The notes below the pieces were generated by a model. That model ran no database searches. It was given only the letters and a program-made list of their open reading frames with translations, and had not been told where the DNA came from. A stretch of DNA of 43,225 nucleotides from a virus: the IMG/VR virus record IMGVR_UViG_3300045988_074507. The stretch is one strand, 5' to 3'. The position numbers were made by a program, and so were the translations under genes. How positions within the stretch are numbered: the stretch's first letter is position 1; each line of letters begins with the position of its first letter. Positions 23,620 to 33,025 of the stretch are shown piece by piece.

Positions 23620-26600
23620 GTGGAAAGCTTGGCAGGGGCGCAGAAACAATATGAATTACTGTTTAAATTAGCAGCTCAATTAGCACCAAACTTTAACGGA
23701 ACGTTTAAAAAAGCGATTGAGACACAGAAAAAGCTACAAAACAGTATTAACGGCGTGAATTCCTTACAATCTAAGATTGACGGTTACACAAAAAACAGCA
23801 AAGCAATAGATCAGCAAAAAGAAAAATTAAGCCGATTAAGCCAGGAAAAAGAGCGTTTAAATCAAAAGATACAAACGAACAGAAATAATATGGCGACGTT
23901 GCAAGCGAAGATCCAGGAAACGGGAGACTCTACGGGACAGCTAACAGCACAGTTAGCTGCAGAACAAAGAGAGCTGGAAAAGAATACCGACAAATTAGGA
24001 AGAAACAAGCAACAGATACAACAGACCACTGCCAAGATAGAACAACAAGAACAGAAATTAAATACGTTAGGACAGGAGCTTGAAAAAGCAGGCGTTAACA
24101 CTGGAAATCTAACGAAAGAAAACGAACGTTTACAAAGTACATATGACAAGCTAAGAACGTCGCAGGAAAGAATCGGACAGATCAACGAACAACAGCAGAA
24201 GGTTAAAGATACAATAGCAAGCACGAAAGGCGAACTATTAAGGACAACCGGAACGTTAGGGGCGATAGCTGCCGCCGTATATGCCGGACCCGTAAAATCG
24301 GCAATGAGCTTCGAAAGCAATATGGCAGAAGTCGCAAAAGTTGTTGATTGGCTGAAAGATGATACCGGAGCGACGACAAAACAATATACTGATCTGGAAA
24401 AAAGGATTCTAAGCCTATCTAGTAAAATTCCAATGACAGCGGAAGAAATATCCGAGATTATGGCAGCAGCGGGACAAAGCAACGTTGCAACGAACAACAA
24501 AGAGTTAACGGAATTTACAGAGGGCGCAGCCAAAATGGGAATTGCGTTTGACATATCCGCAGAACAAGCCGGGGATTGGATGGCAAAATGGCGAACGTCT
24601 TTCAAAATGTCGCAAAAAGAAGTCATTACGTTGTCGGATCAGATCAACTATTTGAGTAATACTTCGGCGGCAAATGCAAGCCAAATATCTTCGATTGTTA
24701 CAAAAATCGGACCACTTGGAGAAGTTGCGGGGCTTGCATCCGGAGAAATCGCAGCATTAGGAGCTACCCTGGTATCGGTTGGAGTTAATGAAGATGTAGC
24801 AGCGACGGGAATTAAAAAAGTTATGACCGTTATGACAGCCGGAAGCGCTGCGACAAAACGACAAACAGGCGTATTAAACAAATTAGGTTTAAGCGCAACC
24901 GATCTTGCAAAACATATGCAGACGGATGCGCAAGGAGCTATTTTGCAATTCCTGGAAGCGGTTAAAAAGCTTCCAAAAGCAGAACAGGCAGCAGCGTTAA
25001 AGAACTACTTCGGAGAAGAAGCGGTCGCAGCGATCGCCCCACTTTTAACAAATTTACCATACTTACGGGAAGAATTTAAAAAAGTCGGAGACGCTTCGCA
25101 GTATGCGGGAAGCATGGAAGCAGAATACGCAGCCAGAGCCGACACAAACGAAAACAAATTACAACTTGCAAAGAACAGCATACAAGCGCTGTCTACAACG
25201 TTAGGACAAGCCTTTTTACCAGTCGTAGGAGATGCAGCAGAAAAAATCGCAGTTATGGCGAATGCTTTAACGGATTTTGCAGCAGCTAACCCAGGAGCGA
25301 TTCAAAGCATAGGAAAAGCAGTTGCAGTATTGGGTGGTTTGAAAGTTGCTTCCCTTGTTGCAAAACTGGGAATTTTAGAAATAAAAAGCACAATTTTAGA
25401 TTTTAAAAAGTTGATGGAACTTCTAAAATTCAAAACCGCAGAAACGGCAGTTGAATCTGTAGGATTTGGAACAAAGATCGCAGGAGTAGGCGAAAGACTA
25501 AAGGGCGCCGGATCATCATTAAAAACTTATCTAACAGAGGTAAAAGGAAGCTTCGGAGGACTGAAAGAAGCAGCCGGATCAATCTTTGCAGATAATTTTA
25601 TTGTCACAAAAATTACAGGATTGTTAAGCACCGCACGTGGTAAAATGCTGGGCGGTATTGGAGCGATCGGGAACGTTTTAAGAAGTGCAGTTACAAGCAT
25701 TGGAACGGGAACGATTGGAATATTAACAACAGTATTCCAGGGGTTAGCCGGAAAAATCGGCGGTTTGGCTGGAATGATAGGAACAGCGTTAGGCAACAAC
25801 GCGATCATAACAGTAATTGCAAGCAAGTTAAGTGGCGGTTTTGGAAAGATTGCGACACTTGCAGCACCGTTGGGAAACGTTTTTAAAACGATTCTAGCAC
25901 CGTTAGCAAATTTAGCCGGACCAATTGGCGGGATCGTTGGAAAAGTATTACCGATCGTCGGAGTAGTTACGACGCTGATTGCTGTATTTAAATTGCTGAA
26001 AAATCATTTACAGGATATTAGAAACTTCATTCAATCCACGTTTGGAGATGAAGCGCTAAAAGTTTTTGATACCATGATTTCTGCAATATCCGGAATAGGA
26101 AACGTTATAAGCACAGCGCTATCCGGCGGAGTGGATAAAGCAAGAACAGCGATCCAAAGTTTATTTGGAGATGCAGGAGCAAAGCAATTTGACGTATTTA
26201 TCCAATCTATAAGCCAGATCATAGATGTGTTCGGAGCAGTAACAGATGCAATCGCCGGATTTTTAGAAGCTGCCGCGCCGTCAATTTTTGCAATCATACA
26301 AAGCATTGCAACATTTATGGCTTCTATGATTGGGGTTGTTGCTGGATTTATAGCAGCGATCATGCCAACGATCAGCGAGATAGCGGTATTTTTGCAAACA
26401 TATGTACTGCCGATTTTGCAAGAAATATTTAATTTCATAGCAATAACAATGCTACCAACAATAGCAACGTTAATACAAACAATTTTGCCAACGATTACGA
26501 CGATCATAGCGGCAATGCTTCCAGTGATTCAAGTTGGTTTACAAACGATATGGACAGTTGCACAACCAATTCTTGCAGCGCTTGTTTCCGGAATCGGTGC

Positions 26601-27336
26601 AGCGATACAAGCGATACTTCCAATCTTGACAAGCATTGTTAGTGCGATACGTGGTGTGATCCAAGGAATACAAACAGTGCTACAAGGAATTATTCAATTT
26701 GTACGCGGCGTATTTACTGGACAATGGGGTGCAGCATGGCGAGGGATACAGACAGCTTTCAAAGGAGTTTGGCAAGCTATAACCAGTATAGCCCGTGGAG
26801 CGATCGAAACGATCAAAGGCTTAATAAGCGGCGTAACCGGAATGATCGGAAAGATCGGAAGCGCTGCGCAGAGTGCAAAAAACTTTGTTGGTAAAGTTTT
26901 AGGCGGTGGCGGAAGCAGCAAAAAGAGCAGTGGTGGCGGAAAAGTTAAAAAACACGCAAGAGGTACAAGTGACACAGAAGATACATTCATTGCTGGAGAG
27001 AATGGACCGGAACTTGTAACCAATGCACCGCATAGATCTGTCTACACAGCAGCGCAGACAGAAAACCTATTTGCAGCACAGAGAGCCGCACAAAAAGCCG
27101 CAGAAGTACAGAAACAAACGGCAAGCGTACAATCCAATCCGCCAGCAGTAGCAGGAAGTGGAAACGGAACGAACAAAAACGTAACAATAAATATAACAAA
27201 CAATGTCGAGGTAAACGGAAACGAACCGGGAGACATCGACGAAAAACTAAAAGCAAACAATGAAAGCATAATGCAGCAGATTGACGAAAAGTTAGATGCT
27301 GACGACGATGACGAAAGGAGAACCCGTTATGAATGA
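23620..27336 (+). CDS. Tail tape measure protein
   Basis: 1238 aa. Coiled-coil N-terminus, Gly/Ala/Ile-rich hydrophobic central region, and the position after the chaperone pair. The start may be TTG 23629 (8 nt after GGAGG) rather than GTG 23620. Confidence 0.85.
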   Translation: MESLAGAQKQYELLFKLAAQLAPNFNGTFKKAIETQKKLQNSINGVNSLQSKIDGYTKNSKAIDQQKEKLSRLSQEKERLNQKIQTNRNNMATLQAKIQETGDSTGQLTAQLAAEQRELEKNTDKLGRNKQQIQQTTAKIEQQEQKLNTLGQELEKAGVNTGNLTKENERLQSTYDKLRTSQERIGQINEQQQKVKDTIASTKGELLRTTGTLGAIAAAVYAGPVKSAMSFESNMAEVAKVVDWLKDDTGATTKQYTDLEKRILSLSSKIPMTAEEISEIMAAAGQSNVATNNKELTEFTEGAAKMGIAFDISAEQAGDWMAKWRTSFKMSQKEVITLSDQINYLSNTSAANASQISSIVTKIGPLGEVAGLASGEIAALGATLVSVGVNEDVAATGIKKVMTVMTAGSAATKRQTGVLNKLGLSATDLAKHMQTDAQGAILQFLEAVKKLPKAEQAAALKNYFGEEAVAAIAPLLTNLPYLREEFKKVGDASQYAGSMEAEYAARADTNENKLQLAKNSIQALSTTLGQAFLPVVGDAAEKIAVMANALTDFAAANPGAIQSIGKAVAVLGGLKVASLVAKLGILEIKSTILDFKKLMELLKFKTAETAVESVGFGTKIAGVGERLKGAGSSLKTYLTEVKGSFGGLKEAAGSIFADNFIVTKITGLLSTARGKMLGGIGAIGNVLRSAVTSIGTGTIGILTTVFQGLAGKIGGLAGMIGTALGNNAIITVIASKLSGGFGKIATLAAPLGNVFKTILAPLANLAGPIGGIVGKVLPIVGVVTTLIAVFKLLKNHLQDIRNFIQSTFGDEALKVFDTMISAISGIGNVISTALSGGVDKARTAIQSLFGDAGAKQFDVFIQSISQIIDVFGAVTDAIAGFLEAAAPSIFAIIQSIATFMASMIGVVAGFIAAIMPTISEIAVFLQTYVLPILQEIFNFIAITMLPTIATLIQTILPTITTIIAAMLPVIQVGLQTIWTVAQPILAALVSGIGAAIQAILPILTSIVSAIRGVIQGIQTVLQGIIQFVRGVFTGQWGAAWRGIQTAFKGVWQAITSIARGAIETIKGLISGVTGMIGKIGSAAQSAKNFVGKVLGGGGSSKKSSGGGKVKKHARGTSDTEDTFIAGENGPELVTNAPHRSVYTAAQTENLFAAQRAAQKAAEVQKQTASVQSNPPAVAGSGNGTNKNVTINITNNVEVNGNEPGDIDEKLKANNESIMQQIDEKLDADDDDERRTRYE

Positions 27337-27547
27337 TGAATACACAACAATATCCGGCGATATGTGGGACAAAATAGCGTATGAACAGATGGGTTCTTCT
27401 TTTTATATGGACAAACTTATAAAAGCGAATTTGGAATACATGGATTACTACATATTCCCCGCAGGAATCACGTTAGTAATTCCAGAAATTGAAGCAGAAG
27501 AAATCGAGGACGTACCACCGTGGAAAAGAGGGCTATTGAATGAGTGA
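27329..27547 (+). CDS. LysM-like tail protein (P2 gpX / XkdP analogue)
   Basis: YTTISGDMWDKIAYEQMG...IFPAGITLVIPE is LysM-like. ATG 27329 with AAAGGAGAA RBS. The track start 27296 lies inside the tape measure gene. Confidence 0.6.
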   Translation: MNDEYTTISGDMWDKIAYEQMGSSFYMDKLIKANLEYMDYYIFPAGITLVIPEIEAEEIEDVPPWKRGLLNE

Positions 27548-28529
27548 TACAGCAAAATTAGTTATAGATGGGACGGAAGCGGATAAAAAGCTAACGAATG
27601 ACATTGCCGTAATTGAGTACACGGATAACGACGAGTATCACGCTGATGATCTGCAAATAGTCACATATAATCCGGCGGAATGGTACGGAAAAGAAACGAT
27701 TGAATACACAATAACCGATAATGATTGGCACGAGATTAGTAAAGCGGTAGAGATGAAATGCGGAACATTTAACATTGATTGCATAAAAAGGGATGATATA
27801 ACCGGTCTTTATGTTATTAAGGCGGCAGCAGTGCCGCCAGGTTCTACCGCAAGGCAAAACAAAAAAAGCAAAGCTTGGGAAAGAATTAATTTAAAGGAAT
27901 TAGGACAACAGATCGCAAAGCAAAATGGGCTAAATTTTTTGTATGCTACGGAATTAAATCCGATTTTTAAAAGGAAAGAACAAATTGAAAAATCTGACAT
28001 TTTGTTTTTATCTGAACTATGCAGAGCGACAGGGCTATTTTTGAAATTTACAGCTAATACGATCGTGATATATAACCCATACGAGTACGCAGAAAAAGAA
28101 GAAAAAAGAACGTACAGCAATGGGGATGCAAATATTCAAGGAATCGAGCTGAAAAAACAAAAAAATGACACAAATTATAAAAAATGTAGAGTAACGTATT
28201 TAGATCCGATTACAAAAGAAAAGATCGAATACATATACAAAAAAGAAAGTGAAGGAAAGATGCTAGACGTAACAAGAAAAGTGTCTAGTACGGAAGAAGC
28301 AAGACTGACAGCAATCTATGCAATTAGAGAAAAAAACGGGAAAGAGTATTGCGGAAAAATGACAATAGATGGAGATAAAGAGATCACGACCGGAACTGTT
28401 ATAAAAATAAACGGGTTCGGAGAACATGACGGGAATTATCTTGTAAAAAAGGCGATCCACACAATGAGAACCGGAACATATACAACAAGAATTTTTTTTG
28501 AAAAAGTCGCGGAGGGAAACAATGGTTGA
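27540..28529 (+). CDS. Baseplate hub / late control gpD-like protein (XkdQ analogue)
   Basis: 329 aa following the tape measure and LysM genes; positional and size match. Confidence 0.55.
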   Translation: MSDTAKLVIDGTEADKKLTNDIAVIEYTDNDEYHADDLQIVTYNPAEWYGKETIEYTITDNDWHEISKAVEMKCGTFNIDCIKRDDITGLYVIKAAAVPPGSTARQNKKSKAWERINLKELGQQIAKQNGLNFLYATELNPIFKRKEQIEKSDILFLSELCRATGLFLKFTANTIVIYNPYEYAEKEEKRTYSNGDANIQGIELKKQKNDTNYKKCRVTYLDPITKEKIEYIYKKESEGKMLDVTRKVSSTEEARLTAIYAIREKNGKEYCGKMTIDGDKEITTGTVIKINGFGEHDGNYLVKKAIHTMRTGTYTTRIFFEKVAEGNNG

Positions 28530-28746
28530 CGAGATAAAGAAATGTATAAGAATCGGGGTTGTACACACGGTAAACGAAGCCGAACAAACAGCACGAGTTA
28601 AATATATGCTATATGGTGGAATGCTTTCTGCAGAATTAAAAGTAATTTACCAGGAAGAAAAGTGGATGCCAGAGATTAACGATGCGGTTCTTTGTATCTG
28701 CCCACCGGATGGAGACGGAGACGGATACATAATTGGGAGGTTGTAA
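28522..28746 (+). CDS. Baseplate spike OB-fold protein (gpV N-terminal-like / XkdR analogue)
   Basis: 74 aa. IRIGVVHTVNEAEQTARVKY...PEINDAVLCICPPDGDGDGYIIGRL fits the gpV-type pattern. ATG 28522 with GGAGGG RBS. Confidence 0.45.
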   Translation: MVDEIKKCIRIGVVHTVNEAEQTARVKYMLYGGMLSAELKVIYQEEKWMPEINDAVLCICPPDGDGDGYIIGRL

Positions 28747-28748
28747 AA

Positions 28749-29225
28749 ATGGCGACGAAGAAGACAACAAAAAAGAAAACAAGAAAAAAGAGTAGCAAGA
28801 AGAAAAAAACAACGAAAAAAAAGAATACAAGAACAAGCATAGGAAAATGGGGATCGTTAACGTTTACGGTAACGGCATCGAAACAAAAGACATTTTCCGA
28901 TTTGAATTGGACTACATCCATTCGATACGAAAGCAAGGAAAGGAAAAAGAAAGTATCGAAGGTTAAATATAAAGGAATTGATCCAGATAAGATCACGTTT
29001 ACAATGCGTTTTTCTGTATTTGCTGGGGTTAACCCGCTAACGGAAATGAACAAATTGACAAGTTTAGCAAGAAAGGCGAAAGCGTACCGACTAATTATAG
29101 GCGGAAAAAAATACGGATCTAATAAATGGGTAATAACAGGTATAACAAGGGATTGTGATTACTACAACAAAAAAGGGCAGCTATGGGTAGCTGATGTAAA
29201 AATAACAATGCAGGAAAAACCATGA
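28749..29225 (+). CDS. Tail protein with gpU-like core and Lys/Thr-rich N-terminal extension
   Basis: 158 aa. N-terminus MATKKTTKKKTRKKSSKKKKTTKKKNTRTS. The core ...KGIDPDKITFTMRFS...LIIGGKKYGSNKWVITGITRDCDYYNKKGQLWVADVKITMQE resembles the P2 gpU layout. Weak call. Confidence 0.4.
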   Translation: MATKKTTKKKTRKKSSKKKKTTKKKNTRTSIGKWGSLTFTVTASKQKTFSDLNWTTSIRYESKERKKKVSKVKYKGIDPDKITFTMRFSVFAGVNPLTEMNKLTSLARKAKAYRLIIGGKKYGSNKWVITGITRDCDYYNKKGQLWVADVKITMQEKP

Positions 29226-29241
29226 TAGGAGGTGCTGGAAT

Positions 29242-29589
29242 ATGGAAACATTGGCAAGCGATATCGACTTGGAAGAAATTGACCTCGATCCGGAAACGGA
29301 AGAAGAAGAAATCGAGCAATGTATCGGGATCATATTAAATACGTTTCAAAATTCAGTGCCATTCATGCGCGGTTTTGGAATGAGTACAACACACTACGGC
29401 AGACCACTAACAGGCGATGAAAACGACATTGTAGACGAGGTATACGACCAGATTGAAAAGTACGAACCAAGGGCGACGCTAAAAGACGTAAATTTTTACG
29501 AAGATCAAGAAAATGGCGCTTTAGAAATTGGCGTAGAATACACAGTAAACGACGAAGAAGACGCAGACGAGGAGGAAGACGATGAGTGA
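29242..29589 (+). CDS. Baseplate wedge protein, gpW/gp25-like
   Basis: 115 aa. IGIILNTFQNSVPFMRGFG...VDEVYDQIEKYEPRA matches the GPW_gp25 pattern; acidic tail. Confidence 0.65.
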   Translation: METLASDIDLEEIDLDPETEEEEIEQCIGIILNTFQNSVPFMRGFGMSTTHYGRPLTGDENDIVDEVYDQIEKYEPRATLKDVNFYEDQENGALEIGVEYTVNDEEDADEEEDDE

Positions 29590-30703
29590 GAGAAGTTATC
29601 CAGACGTTGATTTTGTAGAAACAGATCCGGAAAAAATGCTGACGGATTTAATAACAAGCTATGAAAATACAAGCGGTTATGTACTACAGCCAGCATCGCC
29701 GGAAAAATTATTGATTGCATGGCTTGCATCAATTCTTGTACAACAGAACGTAAAAATTAACGAGACTGCGAAAATGAATGTATCACGCTACGCAAAAGGA
29801 GAAAAATTGGACAGCCTGGGCGAAATATTCAATGATACGCAACGACTACCGCCAACAGCCGCGGAAGCAACATTCAGATGTTATATTTCAAAAGTGCAGA
29901 AAAGCAGCGTATATATTCCAGAAGGGACAAGGATCACAGCAGACGGCGATATCATGTTCGCAACAAAAGAAATGTTGGAAATAAAACCGGGCGAAATGTA
30001 CGGAGACGTTGTGGCAGTATGCAAGACAGCCGGAGAAGAAGGGAATGGATACCAACCGGGACAGGTTAAAGAAATAGTTGACGTTTATGATTATTATCAA
30101 AAAATTGAAAATATAACAACAAGCGCCGGAGGTGCAGGAGAAGAAAGCGATGCAGACTTTTATGAGAGGATGCGGGAAAGCACCGAAAGTATAACGACAG
30201 CAGGACCGGAGAACTCTTACAAATACCATGCAAAAAGTGTATCTAGTGCAATAACAGATGTTAAGGCAGCGAGTAAACAACCGGGCGTTGTTGACGTAAG
30301 AGTTCTTTTAAAAGGCGGAGAAGAAGCCACAGAAACAATATTGAAAAAAGTAAAAGACGCATTAAGTGCAGCTGATATTAGACCAATGACAGACTATGTA
30401 ACAGTATCAGAACCAGAAAAAGATGAATACAGTATAGATCTTGATTATTACATTACAAAAAACAGTAGTGCAAGTGCAAAAATTATAGAAAACGATGTAG
30501 AAGCAGCAATCGAAGAGTACATAGCATGGCAAAGCGAAAAAATGGGACGCGACATAAATCCGTCGAAACTGATATCGCTTGTAATGGCAGCAGGAGCAAA
30601 AAGGGTAGATCTGAGAAAACCGGTTTTTAAAAGCGTTGAAGATACACACATAGCAGCATTAAAAGAAAAAAGCATAACGAACAGGGGAATAGAAGATGAG
30701 TAA
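29582..30703 (+). CDS. Baseplate J-like protein (gp47/XkdT analogue)
   Basis: 373 aa, positioned between the gpW-like and gpI-like genes with overlapping starts and stops. Confidence 0.7.
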   Translation: MSERSYPDVDFVETDPEKMLTDLITSYENTSGYVLQPASPEKLLIAWLASILVQQNVKINETAKMNVSRYAKGEKLDSLGEIFNDTQRLPPTAAEATFRCYISKVQKSSVYIPEGTRITADGDIMFATKEMLEIKPGEMYGDVVAVCKTAGEEGNGYQPGQVKEIVDVYDYYQKIENITTSAGGAGEESDADFYERMRESTESITTAGPENSYKYHAKSVSSAITDVKAASKQPGVVDVRVLLKGGEEATETILKKVKDALSAADIRPMTDYVTVSEPEKDEYSIDLDYYITKNSSASAKIIENDVEAAIEEYIAWQSEKMGRDINPSKLISLVMAAGAKRVDLRKPVFKSVEDTHIAALKEKSITNRGIEDE

Positions 30704-31712
30704 TAAGATTTATGATACAGATTTTTCAAAAATTTTCCCGAACGTTTTACAAAAAGATGAAAGCATGATGGCGATTGCGAAGGTGGCAACAGAAAAATTA
30801 CTAGAGATAAGTAATTCGATTGATAAAGTTCTGATCTATGCCAATATTGACAAATTGCCAGGCGAAATTCTTGACATACTAGCATACGATATGCATGTAG
30901 ATTGGTATGACGAAACATACCCGGTAGAAGCAAAAAGAGAAGTTATAAAAAGCAGTGTTACAGTACATAAGAAGATGGGAACAAAATATGCAGTCGAAAA
31001 AGCACTAAGGGCAGTACATCCGGCAAGCTGTATCGAAGAATGGTTCGAATACGGCGGGAATCCGTATTGTTTCCGGATCATATGCGACACAACAGAGAGC
31101 AAGGTACAAGCGAACTATGAAGAAATCGTTAACACTGTAAATATATATAAACGATTATCAGCACATTTGGACAGCGTGACATACCAGGCACACGCTACAA
31201 TGTTAATCACAACAGAAACAGGGTGGTATATTTATCGTACACCATTAACAGGAAAGACGATCACAGGAACAAAACCGCAGCGAAACATAAAAGGAAAAGA
31301 AATAAAGGCAAAATATACAGTAAAAACAAGTAGAGCAAATTACAAGTACAAAAGCAGACAAGCTGGGACTTATCCGCAGCGAAACATAATTTTTAAAAAC
31401 ACAGAAGAAACAACAAGGATAACAATAGAAAAAAATAAAGTTAAATACAAAGTACCAGGGACAGGAAGAACAAAAACCGGAACACACCCACAAAGGAATT
31501 TAATTTTTAAAAATCAAAATGAAAAAGTACAAGTAAAAGCAGAGACGAAGAAAACGAAGTTTAAAACGCCAATGACTGGGAAAACGACAACAGGAACAGA
31601 ACCGGAAAGAAATAGAGTTGGAAAAGAAAGAGAAAAGGAAATGGCGGCAAAAACAAGCGTAGAAAATTACAGCTATAACACAAAAATGTGTGGAAGCAAT
31701 AAAAAACTATAG
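30696..31712 (+). CDS. Tail protein gpI-like (XkdU analogue) with C-terminal four-fold repeat extension
   Basis: The N-terminal half (FPNVLQKDESMMAIAKV...ILDILAYDMHVDWYD...GTKYAVEKAL) is P2 gpI-like. The C-terminal 160 aa carry four degenerate units ending TGKTITGTKPQRN / AGTYPQRN / TGRTKTGTHPQRN / TGKTTTGTEPERN. Confidence 0.65.
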   Translation: MSNKIYDTDFSKIFPNVLQKDESMMAIAKVATEKLLEISNSIDKVLIYANIDKLPGEILDILAYDMHVDWYDETYPVEAKREVIKSSVTVHKKMGTKYAVEKALRAVHPASCIEEWFEYGGNPYCFRIICDTTESKVQANYEEIVNTVNIYKRLSAHLDSVTYQAHATMLITTETGWYIYRTPLTGKTITGTKPQRNIKGKEIKAKYTVKTSRANYKYKSRQAGTYPQRNIIFKNTEETTRITIEKNKVKYKVPGTGRTKTGTHPQRNLIFKNQNEKVQVKAETKKTKFKTPMTGKTTTGTEPERNRVGKEREKEMAAKTSVENYSYNTKMCGSNKKL

Positions 31713-31726
31713 GAGGTAAAAAAGAT

Positions 31727-32038
31727 ATGCTGACAGAACAAGCAATCGAAGATTTTAAATCTTTTATAGATCGGACGATTGCATATGCAAAAGTGACGAT
31801 AAACGGCACAGAAAGCAAGCTAGTAATCCATAGACGGGAAAGACTGGAAGACGGACGCGTAGCGATCTATTTACAGATCACACCAGGAAACAGCAGCGCA
31901 GCGACTATCCAGAAAGTTAGATTGTATAACACGGATAATCAATTATGGGCAGAGAAAAGCGAAAGCATTAAACTATCCGGAGCGCAAGAAGGCGCTTTAT
32001 ACCGTTTTGTGTTCGGATTTGAAGAAATGGAGGTTTAA
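31727..32038 (+). CDS. Hypothetical tail-fibre-module protein (103 aa)
   Basis: ORF with GGAGG RBS; positional call. Confidence 0.55.
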   Translation: MLTEQAIEDFKSFIDRTIAYAKVTINGTESKLVIHRRERLEDGRVAIYLQITPGNSSAATIQKVRLYNTDNQLWAEKSESIKLSGAQEGALYRFVFGFEEMEV

Positions 32039-32040
32039 AC

Positions 32041-32532
32041 ATGAGGAATTGGACAATGTGGCAGGATCATGTTACAGAGTACGAAGACAGGTACAGGGAA
32101 ACGCAAAACGACGACGGGAGCGTAACACATACCCCCGTGCCTGGAAGTGTGATCCAGCAGGGAACGCCACAGAACGCAGCAAATTTTAACAAAATGGAAG
32201 ACGGGATCATAAACGCAACAGAAATGGCAGCTCTAGCAATGACGGCAATCATACACGCCAGGCAGACGGAAGAAGATCTGGCAGGGGAAGTGATTAATGT
32301 AGATCTTACAAATACACAGGATTATCCGTTCAATAATTCGGTAAAAACTGTACCGTTAACAACAAAAAGAAATCATACAAATTATACAGTTTCTTGCGAA
32401 ATTGCATCAAAAGATGGATTTACGGGAGAGATTGAAGTTACAGAAAAATTGTTAAATGGCTTCAAAGTTGCATATACAGGAAGTGCCAAAAATGTAAGCT
32501 TAAAAATCTATGTGAAAGGTGGTTTTTATTAA
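32041..32532 (+). CDS. Tail fibre protein candidate
   Basis: 163 aa. GSVIQQGTPQNAANFNKMEDGI is a motif common at the N-termini of Firmicutes phage fibres. Confidence 0.5.
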   Translation: MRNWTMWQDHVTEYEDRYRETQNDDGSVTHTPVPGSVIQQGTPQNAANFNKMEDGIINATEMAALAMTAIIHARQTEEDLAGEVINVDLTNTQDYPFNNSVKTVPLTTKRNHTNYTVSCEIASKDGFTGEIEVTEKLLNGFKVAYTGSAKNVSLKIYVKGGFY

Positions 32533-32691
32533 ATGAAAAGTGAAGAAACAAAACGACAGGAAAGAGAGATCTTGAAGTCGTTTGGCGTACAAGGAAAAGG
32601 AACGCCAGAACAAAGAGAAGCAGCGGAAGTGATCGCAGCGAGAACAAACGAAGCAATGAACCAGGGAAGGAGAAAAATGTATGTCTATTAA
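32533..32691 (+). CDS. Small hypothetical protein (52 aa)
   Basis: ATG directly follows the previous stop. Product MKSEETKRQEREILKSFGVQGKGTPEQREAAEVIAARTNEAMNQGRRKMYVY. It overlaps the next start. Confidence 0.4.
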   Translation: MKSEETKRQEREILKSFGVQGKGTPEQREAAEVIAARTNEAMNQGRRKMYVY

Positions 32692-33022
32692 GGTAGTAGA
32701 AAAGACAGAAGGAGAACATATCAGCTACGAGGTAAATAAAAACAAGATTACATTCGGAGACGATGAACTAACGATCAACCTTGCAGCAAAAGAAAGAGAT
32801 TATCCAGTAATGTTGGATATTTGCAAAGACAAAGATGAGGGGCTTGTGATCGGGACAGGTGGAGCAGCAAAAGAGTATGTAGCGCAGATCGAGATTCCGG
32901 AAAGACAATACGACATTGTAGACGGGAAAGAAAAAGAAAATGGAGAGATCCAGGCGACGAGAGTACCAGAAGAATTTGATATCAGCAGATGCACATTATA
33001 TCTGTGGAAAGTAGAGGTATAA
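32681..33022 (+). CDS. Hypothetical protein (113 aa), upstream partner of DGR target 1
   Basis: ORF with GGAAGGAG RBS. Confidence 0.6.
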   Translation: MSIKVVEKTEGEHISYEVNKNKITFGDDELTINLAAKERDYPVMLDICKDKDEGLVIGTGGAAKEYVAQIEIPERQYDIVDGKEKENGEIQATRVPEEFDISRCTLYLWKVEV

Positions 33023-33025
33023 ACA

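Noticed and set aside
23862-24626. Long minus-strand ORFs in the supplied track (for example 23862-24626, 11648-12208, 15427-16020, 36202-36801, 10209-10694, 26031-26507, 33650-34147).
   Set aside because: All lie antisense to well-supported + strand genes. They lack an RBS and translate to Ser/Phe/Leu/Cys-rich low-complexity strings, as expected from the complement of a purine-rich coding strand. They are shadow ORFs.
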